Shown in pieces: positions 8,945 to 18,211 of a DNA stretch of 64,000 nt. Where the stretch lies: NCBI GenBank assembly GCA_965601925.1, contig OZ271854.1, positions 2,592,001 through 2,656,000 on the forward strand, written 5' to 3'. Origin of the DNA: Alkalispirochaeta sp. GTDB taxonomy: Bacteria > Spirochaetota > Spirochaetia > DSM-27196 > Alkalispirochaetaceae. A model generated the notes under the pieces. It was not told the origin of the DNA. It made no database searches and saw nothing but the letters and a program-made list of their open reading frames with translations. The translations under genes and the position numbers were made by a program. The first letter of the stretch is position 1. Every line of letters starts with the position of its first letter.

Positions 8945-9060
8945 AAAAACGCACGAACACGATCCTCGTCGCCCTCTACGGGGCCGGGGCGCTGGTGATG
9001 ATCGCAACCATTCTCGTGATCCGATTTCGTCTCGATCGCGTTATCGAGATAACGGTATAA
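8941..9060 (+). CDS. 39-aa single-pass membrane peptide (not in ORF track)
   Basis: MKKRTNTILVALYGAGALVMIATILVIRFRLDRVIEITV; ATGA overlap with gntR, RBS AAGGGAG, ends just before the terminator. Confidence 0.7.
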   Translation: MKKRTNTILVALYGAGALVMIATILVIRFRLDRVIEITV

Positions 9061-9067
9061 CATACCG

Positions 9068-9093
9068 GACCGCTCCGACCGGAGCGGTCTTTT
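9068..9093 (+). terminator. Rho-independent terminator of the ABC/GntR operon
   Basis: GACCGCTCCG-AC-CGGAGCGGTC followed by TTTT. Confidence 0.75.
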
Positions 9094-9184
9094 CATACAA
9101 GACCACAAATCTGCACCATTAGTATATTCTCCCTTGACTCCGTGCTATGATAGCGATCTATTTTATTTTTTAGAGGCAATAAAC

Positions 9185-10843
9185 GTGCGCGTACGGGTAA
9201 AAATTGTTATCGTCGTGTTGCCGCTCCTTTTGGTGACCATCGTGCTCACCGGCGTATCCGCCGTCTTTTCCTCCACGACCGGGATCACGCGGGTGACGCA
9301 GGAGTTTCTCGACTTCAAAGCGGGAGAGCTCCAGAGGCACGCCGAGAGTCAGTGGCGTCTATTGGTAGAGAACAATTTCATCAATCGACCGGATATGGTC
9401 TCCTCCACCCAGGCCGGTATCCTCTCTTTTGCCGAATCGCTCCTCAGGACCGATACGGAAGTGGTGTTTGCGATCGAAGAGGGCGGTGCCTCGGTCGCGT
9501 CGACCGCACCCGTGGAGCCCACCGACGTGGAACGCGAACGGTTGGCCGAGGTGTTCGGCGATCGCGATACGGCGTTGTTGAATCTCACCATCGAGGGAGA
9601 AGAACGGGTAGCCAAAGGATTTTACTTCGCGCCCTTCGACTGGTTCTATCTGGTAACGGAATCTCGCGACGTTTTCTACCGCGACGTAGATCGCATCATT
9701 CGGGAGAGCGTGATCATCCTCGCCGCGGCGCTGTTGGTATCGTTTACCATGCTGTTGATCTTCTCGTCGCAACTGACCCGACCGATTTCGGCAATCGTGG
9801 CCTCCATGCGTCGAATCATCGAATCGAGCGATCTCCACGAGCGGGTCCCGATAGAGTACAAAGACGAAACGGGGGAGTTGGCCCACACGTTCAACATCAT
9901 GCTCGGGGAGTTGGATAAGGCGTACTCGCAGATCAAGAGCTACGCCTATCAGGCGGTACTCGCTCAAAAGAAAGAGACCAAAATTCGTAACATCTTTCAG
10001 AAGTACGTACCGCAAGAGCTGATCGATCGATTCTTTGAGAATCCGGAATCGATGCTCGTCGGAGAAAACAGAGAGCTCGCGATCCTCTTCTCCGATATTC
10101 GCTCGTTTACCACTATCAGTGAGGCGATGCGTCCCGACGATTTGGTCAACAGTCTCAATCGCTACTTTTCGGTGATGGTGGATATTATCATGGCGCGCAA
10201 CGGCGTTATCGATAAGTACATCGGTGACGCGATCATGGCCTTTTTCGGCGCGCCGATACACCACGACGACGACGCGTTTCAGGCGGTGATGGCCGGCCTG
10301 GAGATGTCCGAGGCGCTGGACGACTTCAACCGCAAACAGATCGAACTCGGTAAGCCCGAGTTTCACATCGGCGTGGGGATCAACTACGGCGAGGTGACGG
10401 TGGGTAACATCGGTACCGAGAAGAAAATGGATTACACCGTCATCGGCGACATGGTCAACCTCGCGAGCCGCCTCGAGGGGCTGACCAAGCCCTACCATCA
10501 AAAGCTCATCATCGCCGAGAGCCTGTTCCCTTACGTCGAGTCGCAGTTGGCGTGGCGTCTCTTGGATACCGTCGCCGTAAAGGGCAAGACGACGGGGGTC
10601 CGTATCTATACCGTCGCGCGTCGAGTCAACAAGGTAGAGGAGCGTGCCTGGACGCGGCACAACGAGGCGATGCGTGCGTATTACGATCGCGACTTTGATG
10701 CCGCGATTGAGGGACTCGAGCGTGTGCTGGCCATCTCGCCCGGAGACGCCAACGCGACGATGTTGATCGAACGGTGCCGCCGTTTTCGTGTCGACCCGCC
10801 GCCGGCGGGGTGGGACGGAGTCGAGGTGATGAAGACGAAATGA
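9185..10843 (+). CDS. Membrane class III adenylate/guanylate cyclase (TM-periplasmic-TM-HAMP-cyclase-TPR-like tail)
   Basis: LFSDIRSFT, DKYIGDAIMAFFG, DYTVIGDMVNLASRLE, VKGK; K/D residues typical of ATP specificity; HAMP with DETGELA. Confidence 0.95.
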   Translation: MRVRVKIVIVVLPLLLVTIVLTGVSAVFSSTTGITRVTQEFLDFKAGELQRHAESQWRLLVENNFINRPDMVSSTQAGILSFAESLLRTDTEVVFAIEEGGASVASTAPVEPTDVERERLAEVFGDRDTALLNLTIEGEERVAKGFYFAPFDWFYLVTESRDVFYRDVDRIIRESVIILAAALLVSFTMLLIFSSQLTRPISAIVASMRRIIESSDLHERVPIEYKDETGELAHTFNIMLGELDKAYSQIKSYAYQAVLAQKKETKIRNIFQKYVPQELIDRFFENPESMLVGENRELAILFSDIRSFTTISEAMRPDDLVNSLNRYFSVMVDIIMARNGVIDKYIGDAIMAFFGAPIHHDDDAFQAVMAGLEMSEALDDFNRKQIELGKPEFHIGVGINYGEVTVGNIGTEKKMDYTVIGDMVNLASRLEGLTKPYHQKLIIAESLFPYVESQLAWRLLDTVAVKGKTTGVRIYTVARRVNKVEERAWTRHNEAMRAYYDRDFDAAIEGLERVLAISPGDANATMLIERCRRFRVDPPPAGWDGVEVMKTK

Positions 10844-12018
10844 GATGTCCTACGGTGGCGCGAAGAGTGGTCGCGAGCGTCTCTCTCGCGATTGTCGCTC
10901 TAACGGGGCTTGCGGGAACGGTGGGCGCGCAGGAGGTCGAGCCGTCGCTGAGCGCCTCTTCAGACGGAGCGCTCGCATTCTCTCACGCGGTGGTGCGGTC
11001 GGGCCGAGCCGTCGAGGTCGGCGCCTTTGACGCGATCGTTGCCGAAGCGCTCGCCCGCTCGCTCTCAGCCAGAGGCCGGGCGGTAACCGTCGACGCCGAT
11101 GCGATTCCCACCGCCGCCACATTGATCTGGGAGTACAGCGTTCTGACGCTCCTGCCGCGTCTGCACGTTTCCGTCTCCGTATATGATCGAAGCAGAGAGA
11201 TCTTAATTGTGAGTAGGGCGGGCCGCAGCGTCGCGAATCTCGCGCTCTACGATTCGGTCGACCGGATCGTCGACCAGGTTATCGGACCGGTCGACCAATA
11301 CCTCGCGTCTCTCGGCCGTGTCGAGGCGGAGATCGGCGTCATACCCCTCGGCGAGCCGTTGGTGACCGCCCCCTTTCTCGACGACGATGGAGAAATCATC
11401 GTGCAACCGGCGGCGCCCATCTCCCTCCCGTCGCAACGAGAGCTGCTCACCAGTCCCGATACGGCGCTTCCGGCACGAGTCGAGCGCGAGGGATTTTACG
11501 GACGTGATATCATCCTCGATCCCGAGGCAACGCCGCCGGCACTCGTCCAAAAACGGCGATTGGGCCTCCAACTCCACTACTCGTTTCCGCGCTTGGCGGG
11601 AGCCGGTTTCGGAGTGCGCTACTACCCCGTGGTCGACCGCCTGTCGACCGCGCTTGAAACCGATCTGTACTTCTCGGCCGCCGGCACCGAATCGCCGTAT
11701 ACGGTCCTCCACGCCGAAGGACGGCTTTTGGCGGGAGTGACCTTTCTTCGCGATCCGGAACAACGGGTGCGTTTCGGTCTTTCCTCCGGTCCCGGGATGA
11801 TCGCCACGATCTTTTTTCAGACCGCGGCTCCGAACTACCTCGATCTCTACTGGAATGTGTTCAATCTGGCCCTCGAGTTTCACATGAATCGGCAAGTGTT
11901 CTTTGTTCGATCCGGATTACTGTATGCGTTCGATACCGACCGCGGCTTTTTTGCCGGCGGCTTGGAGACGGAGAACACGAACCCGCAGCTTTTTGTAGGA
12001 ACGGTGAGGATGTGGTGA
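10840..12018 (+). CDS. Exported protein with PEGA-like segment and C-terminal beta-barrel (barrel A)
   Basis: Signal peptide (VGA|QE), VEREGF, about 8 amphipathic strands, C-terminal Trp; ATGA coupling to the cyclase. Confidence 0.6.
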   Translation: MRCPTVARRVVASVSLAIVALTGLAGTVGAQEVEPSLSASSDGALAFSHAVVRSGRAVEVGAFDAIVAEALARSLSARGRAVTVDADAIPTAATLIWEYSVLTLLPRLHVSVSVYDRSREILIVSRAGRSVANLALYDSVDRIVDQVIGPVDQYLASLGRVEAEIGVIPLGEPLVTAPFLDDDGEIIVQPAAPISLPSQRELLTSPDTALPARVEREGFYGRDIILDPEATPPALVQKRRLGLQLHYSFPRLAGAGFGVRYYPVVDRLSTALETDLYFSAAGTESPYTVLHAEGRLLAGVTFLRDPEQRVRFGLSSGPGMIATIFFQTAAPNYLDLYWNVFNLALEFHMNRQVFFVRSGLLYAFDTDRGFFAGGLETENTNPQLFVGTVRMW

Positions 12019-12986
12019 CGGCGCGACAAACGGCCTCTCTTGCGATCATCACGGCGGTGGCTCTCGTCCTCGCCGGGTGCGATTTTTTCACCACGACACC
12101 GTTTCCGCCGTACCTGTCCTACGTCTCCGCGGAGGTTGATTTCAGCGGAGAGTTGCCGGACTCCATTCGTTCCGTCACGCTGGAAACGACCTTCCCCGAG
12201 CCCGGGGGAGAGCGGTTTTTTTCCGTCTATGTCGAGCCCGACTCAGCGGAGAGCGAAGTGTATGTCTTGGTAGACCAAAGCCTGTCGGTCCGCTTTGTCG
12301 AGACGTCCGATACCGCGCCGCCCTTCGATACGCATTTGTTTGTCACGACCGAGGGGCGAGTTCAAAAGGGGAACGTCGTATACGACCCGACGACCAACGA
12401 GATTCTCAACGCTCCGACCCTCGAAGATCTCTCGGATCCGACGATTCTTGCCGACTCCAGCAAGTATTACGTCCTTTGGTCTAACTCGACCGACGTTGAG
12501 ATCTTCGACTACTCCGACAACTTCGTCGAGGACACGGCGACCGCGCCCAATCCGTCGATCGAAGCGATATCCGACGGCGCATCCATATGGAATCTCGATG
12601 CGGCGTACCGATGGGGAAGCGACGTCGACTCTCCTGAGTTCGCGCTCTTTATGCTGGATGATGAAAATCGACTCTTTCGCGCCGTCGTCGCCCTGGCGGA
12701 CATTTTCTCCCCCACGGAACCGCTGATCGACGCCACCGTGGATCCGGTGCTCCCCGTTCTCGAACTCGATTCCCTTCAGGATACTCCTCAAGGGATACTC
12801 GGCCGAGACGATCAGACGCTCTACCGCGTCGACGAAGCGACCGGAGCGGTGAGAGACTCATTCGACCTGGGCGAGAGCAGACGCACCGACGGCGGGTATC
12901 CGGTCGTCTTTGACCCCGCCGGTGAGTTCTATCTGCTATTCGACGAGGACAACCGGGTCCTCTACAGGGTGGACCCGTGGTGGTAA
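12012..12986 (+). CDS. Lipoprotein of unknown function, acidic and beta-rich
   Basis: Lipobox VLAG|C after a hydrophobic stretch; overlaps upstream gene. Confidence 0.7.
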   Translation: MVTARQTASLAIITAVALVLAGCDFFTTTPFPPYLSYVSAEVDFSGELPDSIRSVTLETTFPEPGGERFFSVYVEPDSAESEVYVLVDQSLSVRFVETSDTAPPFDTHLFVTTEGRVQKGNVVYDPTTNEILNAPTLEDLSDPTILADSSKYYVLWSNSTDVEIFDYSDNFVEDTATAPNPSIEAISDGASIWNLDAAYRWGSDVDSPEFALFMLDDENRLFRAVVALADIFSPTEPLIDATVDPVLPVLELDSLQDTPQGILGRDDQTLYRVDEATGAVRDSFDLGESRRTDGGYPVVFDPAGEFYLLFDEDNRVLYRVDPWW

Positions 12987-14398
12987 CGACGCGCGTCTGG
13001 TCCGGGCCGGACGGTCTCGGGTCGATTCTTTCGGGACGGAGGGTACTGCTCGCGGTGGTGATATGGCTCGTTTTAGCCCGTCCCGCAAATATCTTCGCCC
13101 AAGCCGCGGAACGGACGATCGACGGTCTTGCGCCGCGCATCGCCGTGTTTCTGGTCGAGGATTTCGACCCGGCGGTTCCCATTATCGCCGAGTCGGCCCT
13201 GAGTGCCCTCACGGAGGGCGTTCCCGGCTTCTGGTTCACCGTCGAGCACGAGGGCCCCGCCGTCGAGGGGGAGAGCGGTGCGGCTCCTTCGGAGCTACCG
13301 CTCGCAGCGGCACTCCCCGATCCAAGCGAGCTAGGCGCCGCCGTCTGGGAGCAGTACCAGGCGGAGCTCTTACTTATTCTCTCGGTGCGACGTAGCGGCG
13401 GGAACGAATCCGAGGCGGGGCCCGGGGCGTCGGGTAGGCAGCGGCCGCGATACGCCGTCTCGATGGAGGTATATCAAACGTCGTTGCGTGAGGACTTGAG
13501 CGTTCGTCGTCTGACGTCGTTGGACGAGGAGGTTACCGTCGACCCGGCCGGGCGATATCAACGTCCGGAGACGTACGACACGCTGGTCGATGCCCTTGCA
13601 GAAGTGCGCGACCTCGGTATTCCGGCTACCGAGCTTACGATTCGGTCCAATGGGCCGTTCACCTTGTCCGGCGTACCCGCCCATGCGGTCCACACGGCGG
13701 ACGGAGCGGCTCCCACCGGGGACGGCGCGACCGATACGATCTCTTCCGCCGGTTCCGAGTTGACCCTGCAGCTTCGATCGCTCTCTCACTACGAGTTCGT
13801 GCTGAGTCGTCCGGGGCACCGTTCGGAGTCTCTCTCGATTTATGTTGAGCGACTGCCGATCACGGCCGACGTGTACCTTACCGAGTACCCGCGTCACAGC
13901 GTGGGATTCTTTTTGAGGGGGCTCTCGTGGCCCGCCGTCGAGTATACGTGGAGTCCGCGATCGTCGCGATGGATGGTGCACGGTGCGATTACTTCCTTTC
14001 TCGTGGGCATCACCCCCTTGCGTCAAGCGACCCGCGATGACGAGTCGGCCCAGCTGTTCACCAACCACGATCTTGCCGAGGTCGAGATCGGTTGGAATTA
14101 CCTCTTCGGGTCCCGGGATAGCCGTTATCGGTGGACCTCCGGGGCCGCGGTCGCGATGCGGCTGGTGTACGGCAACGTCGATTTCGGTTTCGATCCGATC
14201 ATACCGGCGACGCTGCGCCTGGCCGGCGGCTCCGAATGGGAAATCGCGCCGCGTCTCTCGTTGTCGCAACGCCTCTCGACCGATCTGTTTGTCAGCCCCC
14301 GCAGTTCTTTTGTCAGAGACCAGGTGTGGCTACGGCGGGGAGGAACGATTTTTTGGCAATTTCCGATCTATCGCATCGGTGTGAGGGTGCGCTTATGA
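12977..14398 (+). CDS. Exported protein with PEGA-like segment and C-terminal beta-barrel (barrel B); start uncertain
   Basis: Signal peptide (IFA|QA), YEFVLSRPGH, amphipathic strands ending YRIGVRVRL. Confidence 0.6.
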   Translation: MVVTTRVWSGPDGLGSILSGRRVLLAVVIWLVLARPANIFAQAAERTIDGLAPRIAVFLVEDFDPAVPIIAESALSALTEGVPGFWFTVEHEGPAVEGESGAAPSELPLAAALPDPSELGAAVWEQYQAELLLILSVRRSGGNESEAGPGASGRQRPRYAVSMEVYQTSLREDLSVRRLTSLDEEVTVDPAGRYQRPETYDTLVDALAEVRDLGIPATELTIRSNGPFTLSGVPAHAVHTADGAAPTGDGATDTISSAGSELTLQLRSLSHYEFVLSRPGHRSESLSIYVERLPITADVYLTEYPRHSVGFFLRGLSWPAVEYTWSPRSSRWMVHGAITSFLVGITPLRQATRDDESAQLFTNHDLAEVEIGWNYLFGSRDSRYRWTSGAAVAMRLVYGNVDFGFDPIIPATLRLAGGSEWEIAPRLSLSQRLSTDLFVSPRSSFVRDQVWLRRGGTIFWQFPIYRIGVRVRL

Positions 14399-15717
14399 AC
14401 ACGATTACTCGCCGCTGCGGCTCGGCCGGTTTGCGTCGCGTATCCGGCGATTGCTTTTCCGGGCGACCACGGCGACGGAGCGGAACCGCTCTACTGGCGA
14501 TATGCCTCGTCGTTATGACGGCGGCTTGCGACCTTACCCTCTATGATGCCGACGCGGTCGAAGGGGCGCGCCGGGCCGCCGATTTACGGCTCGAGTCCGA
14601 GGAGCAATACATCGGTTGGGCGTGGTGGCGTGACGATTCACAGCGCCTCATTCAGCCGCAGGCCTTTTTCCCCGACGGTCTCGCGGAGACGACGGGCTAC
14701 GCGATCTACGAGGACGGGGGCTCATTGCGGATTTGGCGCGTCGACGACGACGGAATTGTTGAGGGAAGCTCGCTGCACTTCTCCTCCGACGACGTCCATG
14801 CCGGGTGGGACGCGTGGTCGGTGCCGCTCGACTCAGCCGTACAGACGGAGTACCTTTCGAACAATCCGGGGGGGCGCGCGGTCCGACCGCCGTTGTTCGT
14901 CGCGACGTGGGACAGCGAACGAGTATCGCTCGTGGTATTTCACTACGACGCCGACCAGCGACAGCTGTCGGCGTACGCGATCGACTTGGAAGCGCTCTTT
15001 GATGAGTTCCTGGGTTCTTCCGATGATTATGCGTTCTACTCGGTCAACGTCGTCGCCTACGGCCCCAACTCGTCGATCGACGGGGGGACTCCGCTGGGAA
15101 CGGTGAGCGGCGCGTACCTTCAAGTCTTGGCTTTGTCCAACGCATCGTTTGTATTGCGAGAGTATTGGTTTCGTGGGACCGCCACCGACTTCGTCACGTG
15201 GGCGTCCGATTCCGACCACGAGCTACTCTCAGCGAACGGAACCTTAGCGGATAAACAGATCATCCCCTTTCCGACCAGGAGCGACGGAGAGAACGCACGG
15301 GGTATTCGTCACGCGACCGATTTTTCCACGCTCAACGGCGTGATGAGTTTCAGGGACGACGATTTTTCCTCGGCGCCGTATCTGGTATACGAGTGGGAGA
15401 CCGACAACGATAGCGACTCCCTGGAGCTCTTATCGTGGAGCGGAGCGATCTCTTCGATCACAATGGGGGGCACGGTTCGGAGTGCCCGTACGGGGATGTT
15501 CGATCAGGTATCCGGAATCGCCGGCGGCCCGGCGGTTGGCACCGAGACGAATGGTCTCTTGTGGTATGCCGGCCAGTATCCGGACGGCGCGGGCAGTCTT
15601 ACCGGGCTCCCCGATCCCTCCGTCGTCTCTCTTCACGACGTCTATACGCAAGTGAGCGTGGTGCGGGGACTCGGAGATGACGCAGTACTCTCCATCGCCG
15701 TGTACAGTACGCGTTAG
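14395..15717 (+). CDS. Lipoprotein of unknown function, acidic and beta-rich
   Basis: Basic N-region then LLAICLVVMTAA|C; ATGA overlap with barrel B. Confidence 0.65.
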   Translation: MNTITRRCGSAGLRRVSGDCFSGRPRRRSGTALLAICLVVMTAACDLTLYDADAVEGARRAADLRLESEEQYIGWAWWRDDSQRLIQPQAFFPDGLAETTGYAIYEDGGSLRIWRVDDDGIVEGSSLHFSSDDVHAGWDAWSVPLDSAVQTEYLSNNPGGRAVRPPLFVATWDSERVSLVVFHYDADQRQLSAYAIDLEALFDEFLGSSDDYAFYSVNVVAYGPNSSIDGGTPLGTVSGAYLQVLALSNASFVLREYWFRGTATDFVTWASDSDHELLSANGTLADKQIIPFPTRSDGENARGIRHATDFSTLNGVMSFRDDDFSSAPYLVYEWETDNDSDSLELLSWSGAISSITMGGTVRSARTGMFDQVSGIAGGPAVGTETNGLLWYAGQYPDGAGSLTGLPDPSVVSLHDVYTQVSVVRGLGDDAVLSIAVYSTR

Positions 15718-15767
15718 GTGCTGATACGTGCGCGACGGGTGACCGGATAAGCGGACGGTCGCCGGCG

Positions 15768-18032
15768 TCAGTCTTCCAGCTGCCCGACGAGCAGCTCCAA
15801 CTCGTCGAGAAACTCTCCGACCGCCTCGGCTCCGGGCTGCGACGCCAAGGTCCTTCGTGACTCCTCGATGAGGTCTCGCCGTTCGCCGTCCGTCTCGGCA
15901 AAGGCGATATCCACCAGAATGTCGGTGACGTCGAGAAATGCATTCTCTCTTCCGGTGGCGACATACGCGTCCTGATACCGAGTAATCTCCTCGGACATAC
16001 CGGGAAAGAGCTCGCGCACCGACTCGTCGTTCAGGAAACGCTCCAGCGCGAGACGACTATTGAGAAGCTCGACCCGATCGATCGCCGCCGGAGACGAATC
16101 GCGTGCGGCCTCGGCCTCCGATTGAGCCGTCACATCGGCGAGGAAGGTTTGGTAGACCGACTGCGCGCTCGACACATCGGTCTCGATCTCTCGCAATCGT
16201 GTCAGTTCGACCTGCGTTTGGGGATGAACCACGATGCGTTCGGGGTCGTTCTCGCGCGCGATGGCGTCGAGCTGTCCCCGAAGGGTCGCTATCTCGGCGT
16301 TGAGCTCCGCGATACGGTCCTGCGTTTGCAGCTCACGACGCCGCTCCGCGGAGAGATTCTCCTGTGCGTCGGTCAGCGCTTGTTCCGTTTGATCAAACGC
16401 AACGGCGCGCTCGTCTATAGCCTGTTGGAGCGTCGCAATCAAGGCATCCCGTTCGGCTATTTGCGCGTCGAGTGTCGATTGGGTCTCCTCCATCGTCCGG
16501 CGGAGGGTCGTAATCTCCTCGTCTCGTCCCGTTATTTCCGCGCCGAGTTCCTCTTCCAACGCGGCGATCTCGGCGTCGAAATCGGCGTTGCGTTGTGCGG
16601 TCGCCGCGGCAAGTGCCGATACGGAGTTGCGAATACTCGACGCCGCCTCTTGACGAAAGCTGCTCTGCGGGTATTGCCGCAAGACCTGACCGAACTCGTC
16701 TATCGCGGTTAGCCACTCTCCCTCGGCCACCGACGCGCGAGCACTCGCCATCAACGGCTCCGCGGCTTCGTCGATCGCCTCGCGTTCCGCCGCCTCGGCT
16801 TGTCCCGCGCTCGCAACCAAAAAGAGGTGGCTCTCGTCGATCGCCGGTATAACCTCCAACGCTTGACGGTACAGAGTGTTTGCCAGCGCGTCGTCACCGG
16901 CGCCCGCCGCGGCCTGCGCCTGCTCGAACAGCGTCGTAATCTGCTGGATCGTCGAGGCATCGTTGAGTCGTCGGAGCGTCTCCGGGTCGGAAAAGCGCTC
17001 CTCGTAGCTCACCAAACTTTCCAGAGCGCCTACGATGAGGAGATCGACCGTACGTTGCTCCTGCAACGCCGGAATACGTAAGACGGTGTCCTCGTTCAGC
17101 AGAGTGCGAAGGTCCTGCAGGCGTGCCCGTGCCGTCTCGCGCTCTCCCGCATCGATCGCCGCATCGACGGAGGTGAAAAGTCCGCGAATCTGACCGCGTA
17201 CGAGCTCGGCGCGCTCTTGATCTCGGGATAGGCGAGCGAGTTCCGACGCCGCCTCGCTCAACTGCGATTCACGCTCCGCAATGCGCTCTTGGAGCTGGGC
17301 CTCCACCTCTTCGAGGCGTACTTCGCTCTCTCTTACCAGCGCATCCCGCGCCGCGTTGGCCTCCTCCAGGGTACGGCTGAACTGTACCTCCAAGGAGTCG
17401 AGTTCCTCGTTGAGGCGCTCCTGCTCCGCGTTCGCCTCCTGGCGGATCTCCGTGAGACGGTCGGTGAACTCCTGCTCCTGGAGGCGGGTAAACTCGGCAA
17501 GTCGTACCTCGATCTCCTCGTCGCTCAAGTCCAACGCGATGAGGCGCCTGCGCTCCTCCTCGAGTTCCGCCTCGAACTGCCGACGGAGTTGGTCTTCCCG
17601 CTGCGCTATTCGCTCTTCGATATCGGCGGCAAGGGTCGTCCGTTCTTCCCGCAGAGAGGCGAGTTGCGCCTGGATCGCGCCGATTTCCTCCTCTTGTTGG
17701 GCAAGTTGTTGCTCCGTTTCGCGACGAATTTCCTCGATCAAGCGGCTCTCGGCGGTGATCACCGTCTGCCCTGTGCGGCGGAGCTCCTCTTCGTCCCCGG
17801 CAAAAATCTGCGCAAGGAGCCATATGCCGCCGACGAGGACCAGCGCACCGACAATGTTGACGAGGATCGGAAAGATCGAGCCGTTCTTTCGGGGTGCATA
17901 ATCGAATATATCGTCGGTAACCGCGATCTTGTTTTCTCCGGCGACGCGTTCGATCTCCAGGATGATCTCCTGCCGATCCTCCTCGGATATACCTGTCGTC
18001 TGCCCGACGGTTTCTTGTAAGGGGTCTCCCAT
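15768..18032 (-). CDS. Single-pass membrane protein with very long coiled coils and TPR-like helices
   Basis: TM IFPILVNIVGALVLVGGIWLL, then several hundred residues of E/R/Q/A heptads; TPR-like segment ending VLRQYPQS; RBS GAGGA. Confidence 0.75.
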   Translation of the reverse strand: MGDPLQETVGQTTGISEEDRQEIILEIERVAGENKIAVTDDIFDYAPRKNGSIFPILVNIVGALVLVGGIWLLAQIFAGDEEELRRTGQTVITAESRLIEEIRRETEQQLAQQEEEIGAIQAQLASLREERTTLAADIEERIAQREDQLRRQFEAELEEERRRLIALDLSDEEIEVRLAEFTRLQEQEFTDRLTEIRQEANAEQERLNEELDSLEVQFSRTLEEANAARDALVRESEVRLEEVEAQLQERIAERESQLSEAASELARLSRDQERAELVRGQIRGLFTSVDAAIDAGERETARARLQDLRTLLNEDTVLRIPALQEQRTVDLLIVGALESLVSYEERFSDPETLRRLNDASTIQQITTLFEQAQAAAGAGDDALANTLYRQALEVIPAIDESHLFLVASAGQAEAAEREAIDEAAEPLMASARASVAEGEWLTAIDEFGQVLRQYPQSSFRQEAASSIRNSVSALAAATAQRNADFDAEIAALEEELGAEITGRDEEITTLRRTMEETQSTLDAQIAERDALIATLQQAIDERAVAFDQTEQALTDAQENLSAERRRELQTQDRIAELNAEIATLRGQLDAIARENDPERIVVHPQTQVELTRLREIETDVSSAQSVYQTFLADVTAQSEAEAARDSSPAAIDRVELLNSRLALERFLNDESVRELFPGMSEEITRYQDAYVATGRENAFLDVTDILVDIAFAETDGERRDLIEESRRTLASQPGAEAVGEFLDELELLVGQLED

Positions 18033-18211
18033 ATGATCCTCGTGAGTACTATCATCCGTGGGTGCAGCGGAAAAAGTCAAGGTTTCCCGACGCCGCCGAT
18101 CGTCCACCGAGTGAAAAGGTGCAAAGTTTTGCCTTCTTGCACCTGATTCTTGATAAAAGACTTGGTATATTTGTGGGGGGGAACCGGATACGTACTCCGG
18201 TATTACATAAA

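Noticed and set aside
15768..18032. SMC/Rad50 ATPase or phage tape-measure protein
   Set aside because: No Walker motifs, has an N-terminal TM, and there is no phage context
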